11,251 nucleotides of DNA from Candidatus Methylomirabilia bacterium (GCA_041496385.1 JBGQEL010000132.1:1-11251), one strand, 5' to 3'. Numbered from the stretch's first letter, positions 1 through 8,026 are shown. Numbers and translations: made by a program. The notes: generated by a model not told the origin, from the sequence alone.

Positions 1-1
1 C

Positions 2-1135
2 GACGCGCCGGTGGCGCGGCTGGCGGCCGGGGAGAAGCAGAAGGTCGAGATCCTGAAGCAGCTCTACCTGCGGCGGCGCTTCATGGTCCTCGACGAGCCG
101 ACCTCCGTGCTCACGCCCGCGGAGGCCGACGAGGTGCTGGGCATGCTCCGGGCGATGACGCGCGAGCACGCGGTCACCGTCCTTATGATCACGCACAAGC
201 TCCGGGAAGTGATGGCGTTCGCGGACACCGTGTCGGTCCTGCGGCGCGGCGCGCTGGCCGGGACGGGCCGCGTGGCGGACCTCACCCCCGCGGCGCTGGC
301 CGAGATGATGGTCGGCACGCGCGACATTCCCACCGCGCACGCCGGGAAGCGCCCCTTCGTGGAGGCCGGCGGCGCCCCGCGGCTCGTCATCCGCGATCTC
401 GTGGTCGAGGACGACGCCGGGCTTCCCGCGGTGGAGCGCGTCAGCCTCGACGTGCATCCGGGCGAGATCGTCGGCGTCGCCGGCGTCTCGGGCAACGGCC
501 AGCGCGAGCTCGTCGAGGCGCTGATCGGCCAGCGCCGGCCGGTCGCGGGCGACGTCTCCGTGGACGGGCAGCCCTATCGCGCCAGGCGCAGCGAGATCCG
601 CGCCCGCGCGGCCTTCAGCCTGCCGGAGGAGCCGCTCCGGAGCGCCTGCGTGCCGGGCATGAGCGTGGCCGAGAACATGGCGCTCCGGAACTTCGATCGG
701 GCGCCGCTCGCCGCGGGCCCGTGGCTCAAGCGCGGCGCCATGCGCGAGCAGGGCGAGCGCTGGATCGCCGACTTCAAGGTGAAGGCACAGGGCCCGGACG
801 CGCCGATGCTGACGCTGTCCGGCGGGAACGTGCAGCGGGCGGTGCTGGCCCGGGAGCTGTCCGAGCGCGTCTCGGTGCTCATCGCGGCCAATCCGGTGTT
901 CGGGCTCGACTTCGCCGCCGTGGCGGAGATCCACGACCGGATCCTGGCCGCGCGCAACGCGGGCGCCGCCGTGCTCCTGCTGAGCGAGGATCTCGACGAG
1001 CTGCTGGAGCTCTCCGACCGGATCGTGGTCATGTGCGACGGCCGCATCGTGCACGAGACGCCGGCCGCGGGCGCCGACATCGCCGTGATCGGCCGCGCGA
1101 TGGCCGGCCACCACGCGGGCGCGCCGACTTCCTAG
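2..1135 (+). CDS. Sugar/nucleoside-type (CUT2-like) ABC transporter ATP-binding protein with tandem ATPase domains, 5'-truncated by the window edge
   Basis: The frame is open from position 2. First domain: signature-like LAAGEKQKVEI, Walker B FMVLDEPTSVL, H-loop MITHKL. Second domain: degenerate Walker A GVAGVSGNGQREL, signature LSGGNVQR, and LLSEDLDELLELSDRIVVM. Stop TAG at 1133-1135. Confidence 0.93.
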   Translation, partial: DAPVARLAAGEKQKVEILKQLYLRRRFMVLDEPTSVLTPAEADEVLGMLRAMTREHAVTVLMITHKLREVMAFADTVSVLRRGALAGTGRVADLTPAALAEMMVGTRDIPTAHAGKRPFVEAGGAPRLVIRDLVVEDDAGLPAVERVSLDVHPGEIVGVAGVSGNGQRELVEALIGQRRPVAGDVSVDGQPYRARRSEIRARAAFSLPEEPLRSACVPGMSVAENMALRNFDRAPLAAGPWLKRGAMREQGERWIADFKVKAQGPDAPMLTLSGGNVQRAVLARELSERVSVLIAANPVFGLDFAAVAEIHDRILAARNAGAAVLLLSEDLDELLELSDRIVVMCDGRIVHETPAAGADIAVIGRAMAGHHAGAPTS

Positions 1136-1136
1136 C

Positions 1137-1343
1137 CTGGGCTATTCATGAACGACCACGCGCGAGGCGGACGGGTCCTGGCGCCGGGGGCTGTGCCCGC
1201 GCCCCGGCTCCGTCACCCACTCGCCCGATTCGCAGCTCTTCGAGCTGCGGACGGGACTCGGGGGTCCCACTTCGCCGGTTGCGCGGGCACAGCCCCCGGC
1301 GCCACCCGTCCGACATCGAGATTCTCGTTCGTGAATAGTCCAG
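1137..1343. repeat. Nested inverted-repeat element (MITE/REP-like or structured RNA) between convergent genes
   Basis: 19-bp terminal IR 1137-1155 (CTGGGCTATTCATGAACGA) / 1325-1343 (TCGTTCGTGAATAGTCCAG) with 2 mismatches. 8-bp IR 1168-1175 / 1305-1312. Perfect 24-bp IR 1179-1202 / 1281-1304. Inner hairpin 1229-1238 / 1242-1251. Confidence 0.85.
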
Positions 1344-1370
1344 CGCAGGCGGCCCGGCGCGGGGCGTGTG

Positions 1371-2360
1371 TTAAGCGGCGGCGAGTCCGCCCCAGAGCGC
1401 GGGCAGGCGCGCCAGCGCTGCGGCGGGCAGGGGCCCCTTCGCGACGCAGGCGGCGGCGTACTCGAGGTGCTCGAGGTTCGAGTAGCCGAGGAGCACGATC
1501 GAGACGGCGTTGGACGTGAGGGCGAAGCGGAGCGACGCCTCCACGAGACTGCCCGCGTGGCCTTCCTCGACCAGGGCGGACAGCGCGCGGGCCCGACGGA
1601 CGTCGGTCGCGTAGTCCGGGCCCGAGGAGATGGGCTCGACCGACGGCGCCGCGTTCGGGTGGCGTGCTTCGGCGCCGCTCAGCGCGCCGGCCGCGAGGAC
1701 GCGGATCACGATCGCGCCGACGCCGCGCGCCTGGCAGCGCGGCAGCAGCCGGCCGAAGTCCTGCGCCGGGAACCCCGCGGGCACCTCGTGGGCGGCGCTC
1801 GGATTCAGAAGGTTGAAGCAGACCTGGGCGGTGTCGATCGCGCCCGCGTCGATCACGCGGAGCAGCGCCGCGGTGTCGCCCAGCGCCGTGATGCCGAAGA
1901 GACGCGTCTTGCCCTGCGTCACCAGCTTCTGGAGGGTCGGCACGATCACGTCGAGGACGTCCGTGGCGGAGACCGCGCGGTCGCGCCGGTCCACGGCGAC
2001 GAGATTGTGGAGCTGGAGGAGATCCACGCGCTCCATGCCGAGCCGGCCCAGGCTCTCGTCGAGCGAGCGCCGGATGGCCCCCGGCAGGTCGCCGAGCTCG
2101 GCGGGTGGGATGCGGAACTTGGTCCCCACGTACACCTCGGCCTTCAGCGCGCGGAGGGCCTCCCCGAGGTGGCGCTCCGACAGGCCGTCGCCGTAGAGTG
2201 GGGCGGTGTCGAAGTAGTTGATGCCCAGCTCCAGCCCGCGGGCGACGGCGCGCTCGCGGTCCGCGGGCGCGCCGCGGACCATCAGGCCGCCGACGGCCCC
2301 GCAGCCGAAGCCGAGCGCCGAGACGCGCAGTCCCGAGCGTCCGAGCGTGCGGTAGTCCAT
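1371..2360 (-). CDS. Aldo/keto reductase
   Basis: Typical N-terminus MDYRTLGRSGLRVSALGFG. GINYFDTAPLYG carries the catalytic Asp/Tyr, VGTKF the Lys, and SLGRLGMERVDLLQLHN the His. 329 aa. Confidence 0.95.
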   Translation of the reverse strand: MDYRTLGRSGLRVSALGFGCGAVGGLMVRGAPADRERAVARGLELGINYFDTAPLYGDGLSERHLGEALRALKAEVYVGTKFRIPPAELGDLPGAIRRSLDESLGRLGMERVDLLQLHNLVAVDRRDRAVSATDVLDVIVPTLQKLVTQGKTRLFGITALGDTAALLRVIDAGAIDTAQVCFNLLNPSAAHEVPAGFPAQDFGRLLPRCQARGVGAIVIRVLAAGALSGAEARHPNAAPSVEPISSGPDYATDVRRARALSALVEEGHAGSLVEASLRFALTSNAVSIVLLGYSNLEHLEYAAACVAKGPLPAAALARLPALWGGLAAA

Positions 2361-2382
2361 TCTGGGCTTGGCGGCCTTCTCC

Positions 2383-2661
2383 TTACTGCCAGTTGATGAG
2401 GGCCTTCACGCGCGGATACTCCGGCGCCTTGCCCTCGACGTCGACGATGCGCAGGCTGTGGTCGGGCGCCTCGAGCAGCAAGTTGTTGTTGCTGTAGGCC
2501 ACGAGCTTGCCCCAGGCCTTCGGGATGCTCACCTCGTACTTGGCCGCGGAGGTCTGCGCCTGCGCGGGGTCGGGTCCCGAGATCCACGGACGAGCGGCGA
2601 GCGCGACGAGCGCAATGGCGATGACGGTGAGCACGGTCTTCGTGTAGCGATCGATGGTCAT
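2383..2661 (-). CDS. Small exported or membrane-anchored hypothetical protein (92 aa)
   Basis: ATG at 2661 with SD CAGGAGG about 8 nt upstream. MTIDRYTKTVLTVIAIALVALAARP is a hydrophobic segment followed by AQA. The 145-aa ORF-track version over-extends into the divergent gene. Confidence 0.75.
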   Translation of the reverse strand: MTIDRYTKTVLTVIAIALVALAARPWISGPDPAQAQTSAAKYEVSIPKAWGKLVAYSNNNLLLEAPDHSLRIVDVEGKAPEYPRVKALINWQ

Positions 2662-2695
2662 TGGCGATCCTCCTGGCATCATCCTTATCACGAAG

Positions 2696-2702
2696 TACAC
2701 TA
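2696..2702. promoter_or_regulatory. Candidate overlapping divergent -10 hexamers (TACACT on +, TAGTGT on -)
   Basis: Both fit TAnnnT and lie in the 64-bp spacer between two divergent genes, each upstream of its gene's SD. Confidence 0.35.
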
Positions 2703-2725
2703 CCGGCACCACAGGAGGGACACCC

Positions 2726-3178
2726 ATGCGACGGATCGGACCGGCACTCTCGGCGGCGGCACTGGCGCTCACGCTCGGCGCGGCGTCGGCGGCCGACGCG
2801 CAGCAGCTCGAGGCCAACAAGAAGGCGGTGGTGGAGTTCTACGAGAAGGCGATCAACCAGAAAGATTTCGACGCCGCGTCGAAGTACCTGGGCGCCCGCT
2901 ACACGCAGCACAACCCAAACGCCCCCGACGGCCCCGAGGGTCTGAAGGCGTTCCTCGGCTTCCTGCGCGAGAAGTTTCCCAACAGCAAGAGCGAGATCAA
3001 GCGGGTGTTCGCCGAGGGCGACTACGTGATCCTGCACGTCCACGCGGTCCGGGAGCCGGGCACGCGCGGCAGCGCGATCGTCGACATCTTCAAGCTCGAG
3101 GGCGGCAAGGTTGTCGAGCACTGGGACGTCGTCCAGCCCATTCCCGAGAAGGCGGCGAACGCGAACGGCATGTTCTAG
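2726..3178 (+). CDS. Exported SnoaL-like / NTF2-family protein (ester cyclase-like fold), 150 aa
   Basis: ATG at 2726 after SD AGGAGG. Signal peptide ends at ADA-Q. Motifs NKKAVVEFY, YTQHNPNAPDGPEG, AEGDYVILH and DIFKLEGGKVVEHWDV. Confidence 0.9.
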   Translation: MRRIGPALSAAALALTLGAASAADAQQLEANKKAVVEFYEKAINQKDFDAASKYLGARYTQHNPNAPDGPEGLKAFLGFLREKFPNSKSEIKRVFAEGDYVILHVHAVREPGTRGSAIVDIFKLEGGKVVEHWDVVQPIPEKAANANGMF

Positions 3179-3308
3179 CTGGAGGTCCGGCGCGGCGGGC
3201 GCGGGCGGGAGGGGCCAGCGAGACCACGCGGCACGCGTGCGCTACTCCGTATCGGCTGGGCTCCATCCGGGCGCGCTACGCCCGCCGCCGCGCTGCCGGT
3301 GGTCATGA

Positions 3309-4289
3309 TCATTCGATGAGCTGATCTGCCCGCAGCAGCAGCGACTGCGGGATCGTGAGGCCGAGCGCTTTCGCAGTCTTGAGGTTGATGACCAGCTCAA
3401 ACCTCGTGGGTTGCTCGATGGGAAGGTCGGCGGGCTCCGCGCCCTTGAGAATCTTGTCGGCGTAGCTGGCGAGCCGAAAATGCGCGTCGCGCTGACTCGC
3501 TCCGTAGCTCATCAACCCTCCCGCGTCGGCATACTCGCGCCAGCCGAACATCGACGGCAGCCGCTGTACGATGGCGAACTTGGCAAGGGTGACGCGGTTC
3601 GTCATCGTCGCACCTTCAGGAAAGACGACCATCGCGTCCGGCTGCGCGCGTCGCACTGTCTCGAGCGCCTTGTCGAGCTCTGGGCTCGTTCCGAAGGGGG
3701 ACTGCGAGAAGGCAACGTAGATGAGCTTGATCCGGAGCGTCTGAGCGGCAGTCTCGGTGGCGTGCAACTCCGACTTCTCCCCGGGATGGTCGGTATTCGA
3801 CAACGCAACGAGCGAGCGCAGGCGAGGCACGGCTTGCTTGAGCAGTTCCACTCGCTTGCCCGCGACGTCGAGCGAAAGGAAGGTGCTGCCGGTGAGGTTG
3901 CCGCCGGGCCGCGACAGACTCTTCGCAAGACCCGCCTCGACGGGATCGCCGCTTATGACGAAGACGATTGGAATGTCCTTGATCTCCCGCGCCGCACGGA
4001 CCGCCGTGAGACTGGCGACGATCAGGACGACGTGTGACTGTGCCAACTCCGCCGCTCCGGCGCGGAGCGCCTCCAAGTTTCCGTGAGCGTGTCGAATCTC
4101 GAGGACGATGTTCTGGCCTTCGACGTAGCCCAGCTTCCGCAGGCCTTCGCGAAATCCCTCAAGGAATGGATCGGGCTCCGATCCTGCGGACAGCCAGCCC
4201 ACGCGAGGCAGCGTCGGTGCCTTCTGGGCGTGCGCAGGCGACGGTAGGAGTGTGGTGACGAGGCCGATGAGCACCGCGCGTCGGCCCAC
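3309..4289 (-). CDS. ABC transporter substrate-binding protein (ABC_sub_bind / PF04392-type), orphan
   Basis: Twin-Arg-like leader (V/M)GRRAVL...AHA-Q. Family motifs FREGLRKLGYVEGQNI, IPIVF..SGDPVEAGL..SLSRPGGNLTG, GGLMSYG and KILKGAEPADLPIEQPTRFELVINLKTAKALGLTIPQSLLLRADQLIE. GTG start at 4289 is inferred and uncertain. Confidence 0.9.
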   Translation of the reverse strand: MGRRAVLIGLVTTLLPSPAHAQKAPTLPRVGWLSAGSEPDPFLEGFREGLRKLGYVEGQNIVLEIRHAHGNLEALRAGAAELAQSHVVLIVASLTAVRAAREIKDIPIVFVISGDPVEAGLAKSLSRPGGNLTGSTFLSLDVAGKRVELLKQAVPRLRSLVALSNTDHPGEKSELHATETAAQTLRIKLIYVAFSQSPFGTSPELDKALETVRRAQPDAMVVFPEGATMTNRVTLAKFAIVQRLPSMFGWREYADAGGLMSYGASQRDAHFRLASYADKILKGAEPADLPIEQPTRFELVINLKTAKALGLTIPQSLLLRADQLIE

Positions 4290-4390
4290 GAATTGTTCGC
4301 GCGCGATCAGAGGCGCCCAATCGACACCAAGGTCCGCGTGCTGACTGAGCACCGCGGCTATCTTCCGCCAGCCGTCGATCCGGCGCAACG

Positions 4391-6001
4391 TTAGCTCGGA
4401 TCCCGGCAGGTGAAGCTCGCGGCGTCGTCGGCGCTGCCCGTGCCGTTGTAGCGGGCGACCTGGGGGTAGGGGCAGAGCGGCCGGGTGCGCGTGACCTGGC
4501 CCTGCTCGACGCGTGCGGCGGGGAGGCTCTGCGGCGCCGTGCCGTTCTCCACCCAATTGATCAGGGCGCTCATCGCGTCGAACCGGTCGGTGCCGACGCC
4601 GCCGCGGCAGTGGAACATGCCGGGGACCATGAACAGCCGGAAGAAGTCCCGCGTGCCCGGTCCGTTTGCCGCCAGGGCCTTCTCGTAGTAGTCGATCCCC
4701 ATGAACGGCGTCAGGGCCGGATCGGCCCAACCGAAGTACATCAGCAATTTGCCGCCGCGGCTGCGGAACGCCGAGAGGTCCGGATCGGTGGCGTTGAGTA
4801 GCCGGCGGATCTCGCCCGTACGCGCCGGGTCCCGGTCGAAATCGAAGGTCTTCCAGTCGTAGCCCGGGTCGGCCTTGGGGAAGGCCATGTACTTCATGAA
4901 CGACTCCGGGAAGGCGAGCTGCAGCGCCTTGCCGCCGCTTCGGCCCACGATCCAGAGATCCCAGCCGCTCGACGGCTGCGGCGCGCCGAAGGACGAGAGC
5001 CCGACCTTCTCGGCGCCGAGGGGCATCCCGAAGAAGTACGGCCGGCCGTTGCTGACGGGGCCGCCGTAGATCCGTCCGAGCGCCACGGCCTGCGCCTCGG
5101 TCACGCAGGTCGCCGCGTCCTGACCCGCGGCGCATTTCGGCAGGTCACGCACCGGGTCGAAGGGGCAGCGGCGTGGATCGTCGATGACGCCGTCGGCCAG
5201 ACCGTCGGCGGCGTCGCACTTCGCGTAGATCCTGTCGGCCACGATCTTCAGGGTGTCCAGCGTGATCGGCGCCGCGTCGAGCGCGCGCGAGAGCCAGAGG
5301 CCGAGGATCGTCGTGTCCACGAAGTTCAGCACCGGCGCGCCCGCGACGATGCCGTCGAAGTCCGCCGGGAAACGCTGCGCCGACATGAGCCCCTGACGCC
5401 CGCCCGTCGAGCAGCCGTCCCAGTAGGAGTAGGCGACCGGCCGGCCGTAGTAGCGTGCCGCCAGGCGCTTGGCCGTGTCCGAGGTCAGATGGACGGCGCG
5501 AAAGGCGTAGTCGATCACCTTCTGCGGATTGTTCAGGGCGAAGCTGGCCAGCGTCTCCTGCGCGGCATCGTGTCCCGTGTTGGTCGTCGCGCTCACGAAC
5601 CCGTGGCGCAGGGCGCTGGCGCGCAGCGCGGCGCGCGTCGCCGTGTCCGGCGACTCGCCCGCGAAGCCGCCGTTACCGTTCATGTAGAAGCGGCGGTTCC
5701 AGGCGATGGGTAAGTTGACCTCGAAGCGGACCTCCGGAACGATCATGCCGCTCACGCGGCAGTGCTCGGGCACGCCGTCCGCCGCGGCGACGATCTCGGC
5801 CGCCAGGATCGAGACGCTGCCGGCGGTCATGTCGCGCAGCTCGCGGCAGGCGAGCTGCGGCCTGACCGTGGCCTGGGAGAAGTTCAGGGGCGACTTCGCA
5901 GCGTCGGTGAAGCTGTAGCCGTTCTGCGCCGCCACGGGCGCGGCGGGCGCGAGCGCGGCGAGCGCCGCGACGAGGAGCGAGACGATTCGTGCGCGTGTCA
6001 C
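4391..6001 (-). CDS. Secreted tannase/feruloyl-esterase family alpha/beta hydrolase
   Basis: Signal peptide (..APVAA-Q), WNRRFYMNGNGGFAG, nucleophile motif WDGCSTGGRQG, DFDGIVAGAP, GGKLLMYFGWAD (catalytic Asp), MVPGMFHCRGG (catalytic His next to Cys), and C-terminal TRPLCPYP. Confidence 0.95.
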   Translation of the reverse strand: MTRARIVSLLVAALAALAPAAPVAAQNGYSFTDAAKSPLNFSQATVRPQLACRELRDMTAGSVSILAAEIVAAADGVPEHCRVSGMIVPEVRFEVNLPIAWNRRFYMNGNGGFAGESPDTATRAALRASALRHGFVSATTNTGHDAAQETLASFALNNPQKVIDYAFRAVHLTSDTAKRLAARYYGRPVAYSYWDGCSTGGRQGLMSAQRFPADFDGIVAGAPVLNFVDTTILGLWLSRALDAAPITLDTLKIVADRIYAKCDAADGLADGVIDDPRRCPFDPVRDLPKCAAGQDAATCVTEAQAVALGRIYGGPVSNGRPYFFGMPLGAEKVGLSSFGAPQPSSGWDLWIVGRSGGKALQLAFPESFMKYMAFPKADPGYDWKTFDFDRDPARTGEIRRLLNATDPDLSAFRSRGGKLLMYFGWADPALTPFMGIDYYEKALAANGPGTRDFFRLFMVPGMFHCRGGVGTDRFDAMSALINWVENGTAPQSLPAARVEQGQVTRTRPLCPYPQVARYNGTGSADDAASFTCRDPS

Positions 6002-6004
6002 GGC

Positions 6005-6445
6005 TCAGCCTCCGTCGCCGGTCAGGCCCGCCGCCGCGATCCCGGCGAGGGCGCAGGCCTCGTCCTTGTCGGAGGTGTCGCCGGAGATCCCGACGGCGCC
6101 GATCACCGCCCCGCCGGCGTCGCGGATGAGCACGCCGCCGGGCACGGGGACCATCCGCCCCTCGGACACCGGGCCGAGCGCCGCGAAGAACGACGGGGCC
6201 TGCGGCTGCTCGGCGACCCGCTTGGCGAGCGCGCGCGTGCCGACGCCCATGCCGAGCGCGCCCCAGGCCTTGGCGATGGCGATCTGCGGGCGGACGATGC
6301 CCGCGCCGTCCTCGCGCGCGAACGCGGTCAGGTGCCCGCCCGAGTCGAGAACCGCCACCGCCAGGGGCGCGCAGGCCGTCTCGCGCCCCTTGCGGAGCGC
6401 GGCGTCCACGATCGTCGTCGCCTGCTTCAGACTGACTCCCGCCAC
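6005..6445 (-). CDS. GlcG/HbpS-like heme-binding protein
   Basis: AVAVLDSGGHL..FAREDGA, AIAKAWGA and VPGGVLIRD..G.VIGAVGISGDTSDKDE. GTG start with SD-like GAGAGGAG upstream. Confidence 0.92.
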   Translation of the reverse strand: MAGVSLKQATTIVDAALRKGRETACAPLAVAVLDSGGHLTAFAREDGAGIVRPQIAIAKAWGALGMGVGTRALAKRVAEQPQAPSFFAALGPVSEGRMVPVPGGVLIRDAGGAVIGAVGISGDTSDKDEACALAGIAAAGLTGDGG

Positions 6446-6461
6446 GTCGCGTCTCCTCTCG

Positions 6462-8009
6462 CTAGGGCCGCATGGGATGCGTCGACGGGCCGGGCTTGCG
6501 CAGCGGCGCCGTCAGGTTGGCGAACTCGCAGAGGAGCGGCCGCGTCTCGCGCGGGTCCACGATCTCCTCGATCCAGAAGGTCTCGGCCGAGCGGAAGGGG
6601 GAGCGCAGCTTGTTGAGGCGGTCCTCGATCTCCGTCATCTTCGCCTTCGGGTCGGGGGCCGCGTCGAGATCGGCGCGGTAGGCGGCCTCGATCCCGCCCT
6701 CGAGCGGCAGCGAGCCCCAGCGGCCCGAGGGCCAGGCGTAGCGCATGCAGTAGCGGCTCTGGTTGCGGTGGGCGGCGCCGGCGACGCCGAAGGAGTTTCG
6801 CACGATCACCGCGCACCAGGGGATCGTCGTCTGCCACATCGCCGCCATCGCGCGTACGCCCTGCTTGATCGTGCCGGTCTTCTCGGCGTCTAGGCCGATG
6901 AGGAAGCCCGGGCAGTCGACGAGGTAGACGACCGGCAGGTGGAAGGTCTGCGCGATGTCGATGAAGCGCTCGACCTTCTGGCAGGTGTCGGCCGGCCACG
7001 TGCCGCCGTAGAAGTACGGATCGCTCGCCATCAGCGCGACGGGCCAGCCGTCGAGCCGCGCGTAGCCGGTGATGACCGAGCGGCCGTAGAGGGGCGCCAC
7101 CTCGAAGAACGAGCCCTGGTCGACGACCGACTCGACGATGCGGCGCATCTTGTACGGCTTGCGCGGGTCGTGCGGGATCGCCTCGAAGAGCCATGGATCG
7201 CGGCGCCCGGGATCGTCCCCACGCGGGCCGCGCGGCGGCACGTCGTCGATGGACGACGGCAGGTACGAGAGGAAGCGCCGGGCGCGCGCGAAGGCCTCCT
7301 CCTCCGTGTCCACGGCGTCGTCGACGGCGCCCGCCTTGAGCTGGATCTCCCAGCCGCCGAGCTCGTTCTTGGTGAGCTTCTGGCCGAGGCGCTCGACGAC
7401 CGGCGGGCCGGCGACGAAGAGCGCCGACTTGTCCTTGATCATGATCGAGTAGTGCGCCGCCGCGAGGTGCGCCGCGCCGAGGCCCGCGACCGAGCCGAGG
7501 CCCAGCGCCACGCGCGGGATGGCGCCCATGTTGGCGACGACCCACTCCCAGCCGTCGACCCCCGGGACGTTGGCGCGGCCCGTCGTCTCGATCGTCTTCA
7601 CCGAGCCGCCGCCGCCCGAGCCCTCGACGAGCCGGATCAGCGGCAGGCGCAGGTCGTGCGCCATGCGCTCGCACTGGTTGTGCTTGCCCTTGATCGTCGC
7701 GTCCGCGGAGCCGCCCCGCACCGTGAAGTCGTCGCCGCCGATGACGACGGGCCGGCCGTCGACCTCGCCCCGGCCGAAGACGAAGTTCGAGGGCGTGAAG
7801 CCGGCGAGGTCGTTCTTCGCGTCGTAGTGCGCCCGCCCGGCGATCTTGCCGATCTCGTGGAAGGTGTCCGGGTCGGCGAGCTTCGCGATGCGCTCGCGGA
7901 TGGTGAGCCGTCCGCCGTCGTGCTGCCGCTTGATCCGCTCGGGGCCGCCCAGCTGGTCCGCCAGCTCCTCGCGCCGCCGCAGCTCGTCCATTTCCGATTG
8001 CCAGTCCAT
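6462..8009 (-). CDS. Acyl-CoA carboxylase/decarboxylase carboxyltransferase (beta-subunit-like), 515 aa
   Basis: True start MDWQSEMDEL (ATG at 8009, SD GGAGGA upstream). Motifs QHDGGRLTIRERI, DDFTVRGGS, LFVAGPPVV, GYARLDGWPV, FHLPVVYLVDCPGFLIG and EEIVDPRETR. Confidence 0.93.
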   Translation of the reverse strand: MDWQSEMDELRRREELADQLGGPERIKRQHDGGRLTIRERIAKLADPDTFHEIGKIAGRAHYDAKNDLAGFTPSNFVFGRGEVDGRPVVIGGDDFTVRGGSADATIKGKHNQCERMAHDLRLPLIRLVEGSGGGGSVKTIETTGRANVPGVDGWEWVVANMGAIPRVALGLGSVAGLGAAHLAAAHYSIMIKDKSALFVAGPPVVERLGQKLTKNELGGWEIQLKAGAVDDAVDTEEEAFARARRFLSYLPSSIDDVPPRGPRGDDPGRRDPWLFEAIPHDPRKPYKMRRIVESVVDQGSFFEVAPLYGRSVITGYARLDGWPVALMASDPYFYGGTWPADTCQKVERFIDIAQTFHLPVVYLVDCPGFLIGLDAEKTGTIKQGVRAMAAMWQTTIPWCAVIVRNSFGVAGAAHRNQSRYCMRYAWPSGRWGSLPLEGGIEAAYRADLDAAPDPKAKMTEIEDRLNKLRSPFRSAETFWIEEIVDPRETRPLLCEFANLTAPLRKPGPSTHPMRP

Positions 8010-8026
8010 CCGGGGTCCGTCCTCCG

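Noticed and set aside
1137..1343. Identification of the element as 6S RNA, SRP RNA or an intrinsic terminator
   Set aside because: The size and internal bubble are loosely 6S-like, but the bubble is off-centre and the stems are near-perfect. The SRP GGAA-tetraloop domain motif is absent. It is too long for a terminator and lacks a U-tract. An Rfam search would settle this.
1148..1519. 123-aa ORF starting inside the palindromic element
   Set aside because: Low-complexity Arg/Ala/Pro composition, no SD, and antisense overlap with the AKR. It has no transposase features.
3187..3299. Imperfect inverted repeat between convergent genes (GCGGCGGGCG 3192-3201 / CGCCCGCCGC 3279-3288)
   Set aside because: The arms are G/C-only and low complexity, with a ~77-nt loop and no U-tract, so it is plausible by chance at this GC content.
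3309..5135. 608-aa ORF suggesting a long N-terminal extension or fusion on the substrate-binding protein
   Set aside because: The extension is an Arg/Gly/Pro-rich off-frame reading of the esterase gene. The signal peptide and family similarity begin at about 4289.
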